DNA of 64,000 nt. It comes from an uncultured Nitrospiraceae bacterium (GTDB lineage: Bacteria; Nitrospirota; Thermodesulfovibrionia; Thermodesulfovibrionales; SM23-35). The position numbers and the translations under genes were made by a program. Below the pieces are notes generated by a model. It saw only the letters and a program-made list of their open reading frames with translations, had not been told where the DNA came from and did no database searches. Positions 32,116-42,140 of this stretch are shown in pieces (positions within the stretch are counted from its first letter, which is position 1; every line of letters begins with the position of its first letter). Location: NCBI GenBank assembly GCA_963727775.1, contig CAVSHB010000003.1, forward strand, positions 224,001-288,000. Direction: 5' to 3'.

Positions 32116-33777
32116 TTAGATTGGCTGGGTCAAGTGCCCGAGCTTATCGGTGAGTATAGTATTCTCCGAGTAGTCTACAGGGCAGGCAATAACAGATACC
32201 GTATTATCAGCCAGCGCCTTTTTGAGCGTAGGCAATAAATCATCAGCCGCTTGGATAGAGTAACCCTTAGCCCCGAAGCTTTCAGCGTACTTAACAAAAT
32301 CAGGGTTGCCGAAGTCCACATGAGAGTGGCGATGAATCTCTATTTCCATTTTCCATTTGATCAGACCATAGCTGCCATCAACCCACACCAGGATCACAAA
32401 CGGGATTTTCTCACGCAGGGCTGTTTCGATTTCCTGTGAGTTCATCAAAAAACTGCCGTCTCCCATAACCCCGAGTACCTTCCGATCAGGTCTGGCCAAT
32501 TTTGTCCCGAGCGCCCCGGGTAAGGCAAAGGACATGGTTGCAAGCCCGTTGGAGATCAAGCAGGTATATGGACTGTAGGTGGGGTAGAGGCGAGCCATCC
32601 ACATCTTGATGGCGCCGGTGTCGGCGAGAACGATGTCTTCTCGTCCCATAGCGGTGCGAATATCCGCTACCAGGCGCTGGGGTTTCACCGGAAAAGACGA
32701 GTCACTCCGCCCCCGCTCTAGTTCTGCGTGAAGCATGGAGCGGATTGATAGGTCCGTGGCGTTCAGCCCGAGCTTCGGAGAAGTCTCTGCTGCCAGCGCA
32801 TCAAGGGCCGCGGGGATATCCCCCTCGATGCCCACCGAAACGTTGTAATGGCTGTCTACCACTGCAGGAAAGCGATGTAGATGAATGATCTTCTTGTCAC
32901 CCTTGGGGTTGATTCGCGCCGGAGGGAACTCCTGCAATTCATAACCGACACTGACAATAACATCCGCCTGGTCAAATCCGAAGTTAGTATAATCATGCAA
33001 CATAAATCCCACCGCTCCGAGCGCGTTGGGGTGGTCGTCCGGCAATACGCCTTTACCGTGGAATGTTGTGGCAACCGGAATACACAGCCGTTCAGAGAAG
33101 CGGATAAGGGCTTCTTGCGCACGATTTCGCGCTGCACCATGTCCGGCTAGGACAATAGGAGTTTTCGCGGATTCCAGTACCGTCGCAGCACGGCTGATTT
33201 GGGAAGGAGACGGCGCATCAGCATAGACTCGATTAACGGGCAAGGGTTGTGCTTCTGCCCGGACAGTCATAATCAAAATATCCTCCGGAATGGCTAGAAA
33301 AGCGGCACCGGGCCTCTCCGTTTGAGCTGTCTTAAAAGCGTTGCGGATCATTTCGGGTGTCGCTGCAGGAGTGAGGACAGTGTTAGAGCACTTTGTCACA
33401 GATCTGAACATGCTTACCAAGTCAACAAACTGATGGGTCTCCTTATATATACGGTTTAAGCCCACCTGCGCGGTGATGGCGACAAGCGGCGTGTTATCAA
33501 TATGAGCGTCTGCAACACCAAGGAGGAGGTTGATAGCACCTGGGCCAAGTGTGGCGATGCAAACACCCGCCTTGCCGGTTACCCGGCCGTACATGTCGGC
33601 CATGAAGGACGCAGCCTGTTCGGACCGGGCCAGGATAAAGCGAATCGATGAATTGTTGAAGGCGTCCACCAAGTGGATGTTCTCCTCCCCGGGGATGCCA
33701 AAAGCGTATTCAACTTCTTCGTTCTCCAAACACGCTACGAGCAGTCTCGCTACATTATTCTCTCCTGAACCTGCCAT
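32116..33777 (-). CDS. Acetolactate synthase large subunit (TPP enzyme)
   Basis: FGIPGEEN, TLGPGAINL, SNGLATM, GDGSFLMN. Confidence 0.93.
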   Translation of the reverse strand: MAGSGENNVARLLVACLENEEVEYAFGIPGEENIHLVDAFNNSSIRFILARSEQAASFMADMYGRVTGKAGVCIATLGPGAINLLLGVADAHIDNTPLVAITAQVGLNRIYKETHQFVDLVSMFRSVTKCSNTVLTPAATPEMIRNAFKTAQTERPGAAFLAIPEDILIMTVRAEAQPLPVNRVYADAPSPSQISRAATVLESAKTPIVLAGHGAARNRAQEALIRFSERLCIPVATTFHGKGVLPDDHPNALGAVGFMLHDYTNFGFDQADVIVSVGYELQEFPPARINPKGDKKIIHLHRFPAVVDSHYNVSVGIEGDIPAALDALAAETSPKLGLNATDLSIRSMLHAELERGRSDSSFPVKPQRLVADIRTAMGREDIVLADTGAIKMWMARLYPTYSPYTCLISNGLATMSFALPGALGTKLARPDRKVLGVMGDGSFLMNSQEIETALREKIPFVILVWVDGSYGLIKWKMEIEIHRHSHVDFGNPDFVKYAESFGAKGYSIQAADDLLPTLKKALADNTVSVIACPVDYSENTILTDKLGHLTQPI

Positions 33778-33869
33778 GCTGATTTCTCCTTGACTGAAAG
33801 CCGTGACTTTTCAAACCCTAACAGTTATTTTTAAACGTATTCTATCGGTTTTTGCAAATATATTCCCAT

Positions 33870-34251
33870 CTTATTTCCATATTCCCGGCCCCTTTAGGAG
33901 AATCCTGCTTCCTACAAAAAAAGGAGTAATATAACAAACCATTTAATACTTCTTGGTTTTGTTCTTGCAAAATATCTTAACGCCGATCATTTACCCAAGC
34001 ATCATTCCAATGACTGAAGGAACTACAGTTATAGGGAGAACCGCACCTTCATTTATATAAATCCATGCAGCCGAAGCATCGGCAACGGATACTGAAAAAT
34101 TACTTGTACCAACCGCTAACTTAAGAAGTGCTCCCATAATGAGATTAAAAGTAGGGACGTTTGCCTACCCCGCTCCGAGACCAAACATACCTGCCATAAA
34201 GCCTATAATCCCAAAAGAAGCAAACCCTCCGGGTGTTCGATGCAACTTCCA
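33870..34251 (-). pseudogene. TauE/SafE (DUF81) membrane protein remnant
   Basis: GFMAGMFGLGAG*ANVPTFNLIMG...AVGTS...VVPSVIGMMLG*; internal stops and a frameshift. Confidence 0.7.
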
Positions 34252-34261
34252 TTAAACATTT

Positions 34262-34325
34262 TCGGCAATGCATTATGTCTGAAGATATGTTCGATATTGT
34301 TCTCATCCCATTCAAAACCTCTTCA
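34262..34325 (-). pseudogene. BrnT-like toxin N-terminal fragment
   Basis: GFEWDENNIEHIFRHN. Confidence 0.55.
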
Positions 34326-34578
34326 ATAGCTGAACCTCGGCGCTTGTTGTGCTAAATAGCTGAAGGTAATATTTCAGACGATGTCGTGAGCCTCTCAATT
34401 ATAGAGGAAATAAACGCGCTTACAAAGTTTCTAATATGTTTGTTACGGAAGTAATTAGCACCGAGCAGACTATATTTCGGTTAGTACTTCACACGATTGT
34501 GAGGAGGCCAACTACTGTGGTGTACTGTGAGAACATAATTCTGCGCTGCCCTCTATTTCTTTGGGACAGCCCTATAGT

Positions 34579-34749
34579 TCATGAGAATAGTCCCGGCTCA
34601 ACATATTTTCTAAAAGCGGCACACTTGTTTTTCTTCTTGCAGTTCTTCTCACAAGCGTCTACGTAGTGAAACCCCTCCCTGTCGGGACACCATATCTTTG
34701 TGGCATCAGTTTCCGGTTTATCAGATTTCTCTTTAGGTTTCTTTGACAT
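34579..34749 (-). CDS. Small Cys-rich basic protein (56 aa), last gene of the SOS operon
   Basis: WCP...C-x3-C-x5-C; overlaps the DUF72 stop; ends in PGLFS. Confidence 0.6.
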   Translation of the reverse strand: MSKKPKEKSDKPETDATKIWCPDREGFHYVDACEKNCKKKNKCAAFRKYVEPGLFS

Positions 34750-35647
34750 GACCTGTTGCCTTCTCCGCCACAAGCTCCTTCAATCTGAGAGCGTTCTTCA
34801 TCGCAAAACCTCCGTGGCAGTTGTTATGCATACAATACGTAATCTTCGCCTTCTTATCCGCGCCCTTAATAGAAGGCACAAATGCTTTGAACTCTTCCTC
34901 AGAATAGAAATAGGCAAACCGCAGAGATGTTTCTATTCCTTTCTTCAGCCAGTTCTCCTTGTTTCTCCCATGGAAACGGAAATAGGCTATCTCCGTCGTG
35001 ACATTCGGAATAAAGGGTACCGTCGCGAGGTTGCCGTACTGTGTCTCATCGGCAGAAACGTAGGTCAACTGATTCTCTCTCAAAAGCTGAAGAACAGCAT
35101 CCACATGGTCTGCAGTTAGCCAACTTCCATGTCTGAACTCTGCAGCCACCGGGAAGCCCGACATAAGCTCTTTACATTTGAGTATGTAGTCTAGATTTGC
35201 AGACTTATACTGAAACCACGGCGGGAACTGAAAGACAAGCAAGCCCAGTTTATTGAACTTCTGAAGTGGTGAAAGTGCTTCCTTAAATCTGTAGGCAATG
35301 ACTCTAAGCAGATCCGGATCTTTTACATAAATATGTTTCTCCGTCTTGTCCTTCTCAGAAAGAAGATTGAATATGTCTTTCGGCAGGGTCCTGGGATCGA
35401 TGCCATGCCCTGTTAATGCACCATAAGCCTTGATATGAAAAATGAAGTTCTCCGGTGTTCTGTCTACCCAAAGATATGTATTACCCTTATCCGGGATGGC
35501 GTAATAAGTCGAGTCTACCTCGACTGTGTCAAAGGAGCTTGCATAATATCTAAGCCTCTCTTCTGCAGTTTTGACGGTTTTGGGATAGAACTCACCGCTC
35601 TGGATTAATGTCTTTTCAGTCCATGAACAAGTGCCGACACGAATCAT
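34733..35647 (-). CDS. DUF72 (YecE-like) protein
   Basis: IRVGTCSW, FDTVEVDSTYY, FQFPPWF, EFRHGSW, YFRFHGRN. Confidence 0.92.
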   Translation of the reverse strand: MIRVGTCSWTEKTLIQSGEFYPKTVKTAEERLRYYASSFDTVEVDSTYYAIPDKGNTYLWVDRTPENFIFHIKAYGALTGHGIDPRTLPKDIFNLLSEKDKTEKHIYVKDPDLLRVIAYRFKEALSPLQKFNKLGLLVFQFPPWFQYKSANLDYILKCKELMSGFPVAAEFRHGSWLTADHVDAVLQLLRENQLTYVSADETQYGNLATVPFIPNVTTEIAYFRFHGRNKENWLKKGIETSLRFAYFYSEEEFKAFVPSIKGADKKAKITYCMHNNCHGGFAMKNALRLKELVAEKATGHVKET

Positions 35648-35653
35648 CTGCCT

Positions 35654-37693
35654 CTAATTGTTTCGCTTATAGATATTCTTAAGCTTTTCGAGCAGTTGTT
35701 TCTTGTCATATAGTGGAGAAACTTCCGGCCTCTCTTTTTCAGGCATTTCTCTCATTCCCCTTCCGGCCACATCCTTGAACTCCAGTTTGGATAGCACATT
35801 CGGCATATCCACAAATCTGGACATCTTATTGAACTGTGTGATGCCGCCTCTGAGGCCTTCATGATGCAAGGTGATAAAACATCTCTTTTTCGCCCTGGTA
35901 AGCGCCACATAGAACAACCTCTGCTCCTCTTCAATCTCATCTTCGCTGTCCAAGGCAAATGTTATCGGCAGTACGCCGTCCATAAGGCCCATGATTACGA
36001 CTGCATCCCACTCCAGACCCTTTGCCGAATGTATTGTCGAGAGCACAAGCGGCTTTTCCTCTTCCTTAGTCTCAGGCTCTATTCCCCAAACCCCTCTTTC
36101 GGGAGGCTCGATGGCAAAAGCTTCAAGGAGGTCTTCCAGCGAATCATATCTCATCGTGATCTGTCTCAGGGCTTCAAGGTCGTTCTGTCTCATGTGCCAG
36201 TCGTCATATTTTTCTTTCATGAGAGGGATGTAGTACTCAAGGAGTACTTCGTATGTCTCCCCCACATTTATTCTTTCTCCATAAACAGCTTTGACCGCTC
36301 TCTCCAGTTTGCCTAGACCCTCCGAGTAAGGATGTCCTTTTGCATACTTGGAGAACACTCTATCCAGGATCTCGTCAAAAGAGGAACATCTGGTGGCTTC
36401 ATCGGTAATAGCCCCGGCTGTTTTAGGTCCGATCCTTTCTATCAGCATTAAGACCCTGTTCCAAGCAAGTTCGTCTTTGGGGTTTATAAGCAATTTCAGA
36501 TGGGAGAGGATATCCTTAACATGGGCTGTCTCATAGAATTTAAGACCGCCATAGGTCTCATAGGGTATATTCCTTTTGCCCAATTCGGACTGGAGTGGAA
36601 TCGACAGATACGAGGACCTGAATAAGACACACTGGTGTCCCAATGATATGCCCTGGTCCAACTGCTGTTTAATTAAATCCGCGACCCACTCGGCTTCTTC
36701 ATAAGCATCCTTAAAGAAAAGCAGCCGGCTCTTCTGTCCGGTATGCTTTTTAGCTGCGACGAGGCATTTGGAATATTTGTTTTTCATGTTTTCCATTACC
36801 GCATTGGCAACATCCAGGATGGATTGGGAACTTCGATAGTTTTGCTCAAGCGTGACAACTCTGCACTCCGGGAAACGTTTGGGGAATTCCATGATATTTT
36901 CATGCGACGCTCCCCTGAACCCGTAAATGCTCTGGGCGTCGTCTCCGACAACCATGATGTTCCTGTGTTTATCCGCCAGAAGGTAAGCAATATCTCCCTG
37001 TATGATATTGGTGTCCTGATATTCGTCGACCATGACATATCTATACCTCTGAGAAAGCTTTTCCCTTATCTCTTCGTTTTCAAGCAGGATCCTTAAATAA
37101 ACGAGCAGGTCATCGTAATCGAGGTAGTTCTTGTCTAACTTGTACGCAGCGTATTCTTCCCTCAGGTTGTCCATCTCGGATAGATACTCTACAAAGTGAG
37201 GGTACTCTCTCTTTATGACCTCTCCGATGGACTTATTCTTATTTATGGACATGCTGATGATGGCCCGCAGGGTATCTTTCTTGGGGAATCTCTTTTTCTT
37301 TTCATAAAATCCCAGTTTTGAAGCGCACCTATGTATTGCCTCTTCTGCATCGCTTTCATCCAGGACAACAAACCCGTCAGGGAAACCAAGGGATTTTGAA
37401 TATATCTTCAGCATTTTATAGGCGAAGGAATGGAAGGTCCCGCCTTCTACATTCTTGCATTGCAGGTCGTGCTTGGAGGCCCGAGAAAGCATTTCATGGG
37501 CTGCTTTTCGGGTGAAGGTTAGAAGCAGGATGGAATTGGGACTGACCTTATTCTGGATGAGGTTCAATACCCGATATTCGATGACCCTTGTCTTGCCTGA
37601 TCCGGCGCCTGCGATTACAAGAACAGGCCCATCCATTGCTGTCACAGCGGACAGCTGGGCGGGATTTAATGTATTTTTTAAGTCATCACTCAT
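35654..37693 (-). CDS. UvrD/PcrA/Rep-family ATP-dependent helicase
   Basis: AGAGSGKT, TFHS, VDEYQDTN, VGDDAQSIYGFRG, NYRS, TIHSAKGLEW, LFYVALTRA. Confidence 0.95.
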   Translation of the reverse strand: MSDDLKNTLNPAQLSAVTAMDGPVLVIAGAGSGKTRVIEYRVLNLIQNKVSPNSILLLTFTRKAAHEMLSRASKHDLQCKNVEGGTFHSFAYKMLKIYSKSLGFPDGFVVLDESDAEEAIHRCASKLGFYEKKKRFPKKDTLRAIISMSINKNKSIGEVIKREYPHFVEYLSEMDNLREEYAAYKLDKNYLDYDDLLVYLRILLENEEIREKLSQRYRYVMVDEYQDTNIIQGDIAYLLADKHRNIMVVGDDAQSIYGFRGASHENIMEFPKRFPECRVVTLEQNYRSSQSILDVANAVMENMKNKYSKCLVAAKKHTGQKSRLLFFKDAYEEAEWVADLIKQQLDQGISLGHQCVLFRSSYLSIPLQSELGKRNIPYETYGGLKFYETAHVKDILSHLKLLINPKDELAWNRVLMLIERIGPKTAGAITDEATRCSSFDEILDRVFSKYAKGHPYSEGLGKLERAVKAVYGERINVGETYEVLLEYYIPLMKEKYDDWHMRQNDLEALRQITMRYDSLEDLLEAFAIEPPERGVWGIEPETKEEEKPLVLSTIHSAKGLEWDAVVIMGLMDGVLPITFALDSEDEIEEEQRLFYVALTRAKKRCFITLHHEGLRGGITQFNKMSRFVDMPNVLSKLEFKDVAGRGMREMPEKERPEVSPLYDKKQLLEKLKNIYKRNN

Positions 37694-37742
37694 ATTTTTA
37701 ATCTTAAAATAATCCTTTATATATTTTCTTCATAACCCGGCC

Positions 37743-39056
37743 TCATACTCTTATGTTCAGCATGGGTAACCCCAGCCTCTGTCTTTTATTTTCGCCTCTG
37801 AATAAGTCTGACATCCTATTAGGTACGTCGCCTCTTTCTCCTTCGTGCTGGGCCTGGAGTTTTGTAGGCAGGCTCGTTGCATGGAGGACAGTATGTTTGC
37901 CGTATTTGTGGGATAATTCATCGACGGCACTGTATACCCTGGCCATCTTCTCTATTATTGCAGTGTCATCAAAGAGGGTGTACTGGATCCCCGTCTCCGC
38001 GACCAAGCCGGCAAGGACGACGCCTGTCTGCCGGTAGAAGCCGTCTTTGTGATAAATATGGTTGAACCCCTGCCTCAGTGCGCCAAAGAGGGCAACAGGA
38101 TAGGCGCTGGGACGGCTCAATTTGATCTCCACGCCGGCACTTGTGTAATCCCGTTTCCTCAAGCAGATGACAAGTCTGGTAGCCGCAAGCTTATAACGTC
38201 TCGCTTTAATACATGCGTTCTCCAGGTTTTTGGAAAGCTGGGCAAAGACGAATGTCTCATCATTTGACGCAGGGGTAAAGGTCTTTGTTTTGCTTATGGA
38301 CTGATAGCTGCTTTTCGATTCGGTTACAACAGGGTAGACACTTCTGCCGTTTAACTCATGCCAGATCTCCTTATAAGGTTTGGAGAGATGTTTTTGTATA
38401 AAGCTTTCGTCTTTTTTGGCAAATTCAAGGGCGGTTGTTATTCCGAACTTCCGGAGAAAAGCCGCTGTATTCGGTCCTATCCCCCATATTTTTTCTATAG
38501 GGAGTTTTTGAAGATAGATATGGATATCTCTCCCGGGTATGATTGTGAGCCCATGGGGTTTGTTGTGTTTGGAGCCGATCTTTGCAAGTACCTTTGAGAG
38601 GCTGACTCCGACTGATACGGTAATCGCTAACTCTCTTTCGATTGTATCCTGCATCTTTTGCGCTATCATCCCATAGGGGCCGTGAAAGCTTCTCCTTAAA
38701 CCGGTTAGGTCTACGAAAGCTTCATCTATGGAGTATTCTTCTATATCCGGAGAGAAGCGCCTGAGTATCTCAAACATCCGCAAGGAATAAAGGCTGTAGG
38801 TCTCGTAGTCCGACGGCACGATGATCGCCTCGGGGCAGACCTTCTTTACATCCATGAGGCTCATGCCTGTCTTTACTCCCATGGCCTTTGCCTCATAGCT
38901 TGCTGCTGCCACTATCCCTCGTTCTCTGCCGGCGATAACGGGCTTACCCCTTAGTTCCGGGTGGACGGCCTGTTCGCAGGATGCAAAAAAGGCGTCGGCA
39001 TCAATATGGAGGATTGCTCTTGGCCACGAATGAATTGTTAAAGGTTGATTGTCCAT
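37743..39056 (-). CDS. dinB: Y-family DNA polymerase (DinB/UmuC-like)
   Basis: HIDADAFFASCE, AASYEAK, YSIDEAF, IWGIG. Confidence 0.92.
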   Translation of the reverse strand: MDNQPLTIHSWPRAILHIDADAFFASCEQAVHPELRGKPVIAGRERGIVAAASYEAKAMGVKTGMSLMDVKKVCPEAIIVPSDYETYSLYSLRMFEILRRFSPDIEEYSIDEAFVDLTGLRRSFHGPYGMIAQKMQDTIERELAITVSVGVSLSKVLAKIGSKHNKPHGLTIIPGRDIHIYLQKLPIEKIWGIGPNTAAFLRKFGITTALEFAKKDESFIQKHLSKPYKEIWHELNGRSVYPVVTESKSSYQSISKTKTFTPASNDETFVFAQLSKNLENACIKARRYKLAATRLVICLRKRDYTSAGVEIKLSRPSAYPVALFGALRQGFNHIYHKDGFYRQTGVVLAGLVAETGIQYTLFDDTAIIEKMARVYSAVDELSHKYGKHTVLHATSLPTKLQAQHEGERGDVPNRMSDLFRGENKRQRLGLPMLNIRV

Positions 39057-39076
39057 AATTCTTTTTAAGAAGGTTG

Positions 39077-39670
39077 TTATTTATACTTTCTGATTACTGC
39101 TGTTACTACGCCTGCTATCTTGAGTTCCTTTTTTGGTTTGATCGGTTTGTAGAGAGGGTTAGCGGGAATAAGGGCCACATTCTCTCCCCTTTTTTTGAGG
39201 TATTTCATTGTCCACTCTCCGTCAACTTCAGCAATGACGATATCCCCGCTTTTCGGGGGCTGCCCTTTGTCTACAAGCACCATGTCTCCGGGTAGTATTC
39301 CTGCTTCTATCATTGAATCCCCGGATACTTTAAGCAAAAAAGTGGCCTCCGGGTTTTGGATAAGAAGGTCGTCAAGGGAAAGGGTGTCCGCCAGTGCTTC
39401 TTCAGCCGCACTCGGGAAACCTGCTTCGACAGTGCCGAGAATTCTTAGATGGGAAGCTATAGAACGTGGGATGAGTCTTCCTTTTTCGTCCCTCTCAATA
39501 TACTCAAGTTGTTCGAGTTTATTGACCAGTTTGAAGACTGCGTTTTTTGATCGAAAACCGACTATATTGCCGATTTCTGAGAAGCTCGGCATCCTGCCTT
39601 TCTCCCGGTAGAAATGGGATATATCCCTGACCTTGGAGCGCAGTTTGTTTTCTTTCTGGTCTCGTGCCAT
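39077..39670 (-). CDS. lexA: LexA-type repressor with UmuD-like S24 peptidase domain
   Basis: N-terminal PSFSEIGNIVGFRSKNAV...LEQLEYIER winged HTH; AG/FPS cleavage site; VSGDSM serine; TMK lysine. Confidence 0.85.
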   Translation of the reverse strand: MARDQKENKLRSKVRDISHFYREKGRMPSFSEIGNIVGFRSKNAVFKLVNKLEQLEYIERDEKGRLIPRSIASHLRILGTVEAGFPSAAEEALADTLSLDDLLIQNPEATFLLKVSGDSMIEAGILPGDMVLVDKGQPPKSGDIVIAEVDGEWTMKYLKKRGENVALIPANPLYKPIKPKKELKIAGVVTAVIRKYK

Positions 39671-39676
39671 GATCAA

Positions 39677-39706
39677 AGTATAAAGTGAACGATTGTTTAC
39701 TGTCAA
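39677..39706 (-). promoter_or_regulatory. sigma70 promoter with SOS-box-like operator
   Basis: TTGACA(39706)-18-TATACT(39682); spacer holds AGTGAAC-GATT-GTTTACT (39684-39701), close to GAAC-N4-GTTC. Confidence 0.8.
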
Positions 39707-40148
39707 GCCTGAAGCGAAAATACTTTTCAAAACCATGAAGAAACATACTGTGAGATTCTTCCTCCACTATGAAAGAATGTTCTCTACGCTGTCCACCTGA
39801 TAATCGAGAGTGTTGAAAAAATGAAACTATACAAAAGTTCTCCGCGAAACATGCGGCATGCAGTTTTTGGAATCGGAGTTTTCTATTCATCGGGCGCAGC
39901 CGCCGACTCTCGCCGGCGTGTGTGTGTTTCTTTGGAAAGTTGATAAACTGAGGGTCATTATCTGGTCGCCGCAGATTTCGTCCCGAACCATGCTGTTGCT
40001 TTCCGGGGCTAAAAGATAAAAAAGTAAGATAGGCCCGGATTTCAATTTCACCTACAACTCCGTAAAGTCAAGCCAAGGTCGTAACTGAAGATTTACGACA
40101 GAAACAAACGCATTACAGCTTCTGGGATTGCCGGGATTCTCCGGTCTA

Positions 40149-40670
40149 TCACCATGGTTCCGAAAGAGCTCTGGATATCCAATGAAAAGTTTCATCAGAT
40201 GCTTTTACCGTCATAAATCTTTTCAATAATTTCTTTTTAAAAGGTAGCAATGATGGTGAATATGTTAGTTCCACCGAGACATCAGCAAATTTGACTGGTG
40301 GGCTCAAGAAAGGAGGATACGGCAGAAGAAATGTGCTCTCTTCACCAGAGTCAAGCTTAGGAATAGGAGGAAGGCCTGTCATGAAACCTGCTTCTTTTAC
40401 CCCAAAAAGGGTAGCACCATTTTCTAAAACTATTTTGCCGAATTTCAATTTTAACTCGATTGAGTTTATGGGGAGCAAGCTGTCATTTCTAACAACAAAT
40501 GGTGTCGCAAAGGGTCTTGTCGGGTCTAGTGAATTTGAAGGGTTTATGGACAGTTTTGGGGAGAAAGCATAATATGTGCCGACAATCGTTAAGAATAAAG
40601 CCAAGGCAGTAGCAACTTTGCCAGTGGGAGATAAAAGTTTAAGCAATTGCCAAAAACCTTTCTTTGGCAT
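40149..40670 (-). CDS. Hypothetical AT-rich membrane-anchored protein
   Basis: 173 aa with one N-terminal TM helix. Confidence 0.6.
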   Translation of the reverse strand: MPKKGFWQLLKLLSPTGKVATALALFLTIVGTYYAFSPKLSINPSNSLDPTRPFATPFVVRNDSLLPINSIELKLKFGKIVLENGATLFGVKEAGFMTGLPPIPKLDSGEESTFLLPYPPFLSPPVKFADVSVELTYSPSLLPFKKKLLKRFMTVKASDETFHWISRALSEPW

Positions 40671-40700
40671 CGCTTGGGGTGTCAAGATGGCGCACCCGGC

Positions 40701-40994
40701 TCTTCAACAAGTGTCGATATATTTGTATGGGAGCTCATCTGTTCAAAGCTGGGCTCAGGTAATACTGCTTCTTCTTCAAATTCGAATGACAGAATACTGT
40801 TCAGGAAAGCGAGAGCGATATTATCTCCGGACACCAATATTAAAAATGCGCATTTAGAAAGTGTATTTGTAGCAACAAGCACTTTCATTCCTTTCGAACA
40901 TCCTCTGTCGGGATTAGCGATTCCAGTCGACAGACAAAGCCCGTTACAGGACTACCGTCCGTTACATTCAGGCCTGTCCCCTCCAGCGGTTTAA
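40701..40994 (+). pseudogene. 5'-truncated paralog of the 49649-50089 leader ORF (ends HSGLSPPAV)
   Basis: Shares DIFxWELICxKL, ILFRKARAIL and HSGxSPP with 49649-50089; lacks the N-terminal hydrophobic segment. Confidence 0.75.
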
Positions 40995-41128
40995 TCTTCA
41001 TAGGGTATGCTTCTTCTCTTTTCTTTTTGAGAGGATCTCTTTAAACAAAACCATTACGATATCCGTCACAAGATCTCAATAGGATTTCTTGTGACTGCTA
41101 TATCTTCTTAAACACTGAAGGAGAACTA

Positions 41129-41704
41129 ATGAAGAAAATATTCTCAGTCTTAATGATATTAGGAGTAATGATAATGGGATGTGCGCAAAGAAATGTTGTG
41201 AAAACTGACGAAGTCCCTAAGAAAGAAGCTGCTGCTGTTGAGAAGAATCAACCCGAGCGCAAACGGACAGAACGAGAGCCACTTAAGGACATGAATAAAT
41301 CAAAAGACATTTCGGAAAGAGAGCTTTCTAAAGGACAGATATCGGAGAGGCAAGAAACGATTAGGGGTTTGGAAACAAAATTTCATGACATCTACTTTGA
41401 TTACGATAATTATTCTATAAGTGATAATGCGCAAGCCGTACTCGATCAACTATCTTCAGTGCTCCTTAAGAATCAGAAAATAAAAGTGCTTATCGAGGGA
41501 AACTGCGATGAGAGGGGGACTGCCGAATACAATATCGCACTCGGAGACAGAAGGGCTAATGCTGCCAGGCAGTATCTCTCGGCACTCGGAATTCCATCCA
41601 GCAGGATGGATACGATAAGTTATGGCAAGGAAAAACCGATATGTAGAGGAAGCAATGAAAAATGTTGGGTGAAAAATAGAAGGGATCATTTTGTTTTCGA
41701 ATAA
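41129..41704 (+). CDS. pal: Peptidoglycan-associated lipoprotein (Pal/OmpA family)
   Basis: Lipobox IMGC; IYFDYD, IEGNCDERGTAEYNIALGDRRA, ISYGKEKP, KNRR. Confidence 0.9.
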   Translation: MKKIFSVLMILGVMIMGCAQRNVVKTDEVPKKEAAAVEKNQPERKRTEREPLKDMNKSKDISERELSKGQISERQETIRGLETKFHDIYFDYDNYSISDNAQAVLDQLSSVLLKNQKIKVLIEGNCDERGTAEYNIALGDRRANAARQYLSALGIPSSRMDTISYGKEKPICRGSNEKCWVKNRRDHFVFE

Positions 41705-41729
41705 GACAGTCCTTCATATCTGAAGAACA

Positions 41730-42140
41730 GTGAAAAAAGGTTTATCTATGATAACTTTCTTAACCATTGGCCTCCTCTGGCTGTCAAACCTATCAGAGGG
41801 GGCTAACTGGAAACTTGTCGGTAGAAGTAAGGACGGCAATATGTCAGTATCCATTGACAATGATAGCATTAGACAGGTTTCTGATAACGTCGTAAGAGCC
41901 TGTCAGAAATCTTCGTATATCAAGCCAAAGTTGTCCAATGCTTCCCAAAAACCTATTATTGAGGTTCTCATCTGCCGACAATGGGATTGCGACGAAGAGA
42001 GATATAATGATCGCCAAATAACTTTTCGATTTATTGACGGTACAGCGAAAACAGAAAAATATGAATATACCCTGTGGCATTACATAAAACAGGGCGCTAA
42101 TGAACGCGATTTATATGATTATGTTTGCAATCAGGAATAA
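41730..42140 (+). CDS. Secreted protein, surface-adhesin E-like
   Basis: Signal peptide then ANWKLVG...IDNDSI; DC motif; C-terminal YVC. Confidence 0.55.
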   Translation: MKKGLSMITFLTIGLLWLSNLSEGANWKLVGRSKDGNMSVSIDNDSIRQVSDNVVRACQKSSYIKPKLSNASQKPIIEVLICRQWDCDEERYNDRQITFRFIDGTAKTEKYEYTLWHYIKQGANERDLYDYVCNQE

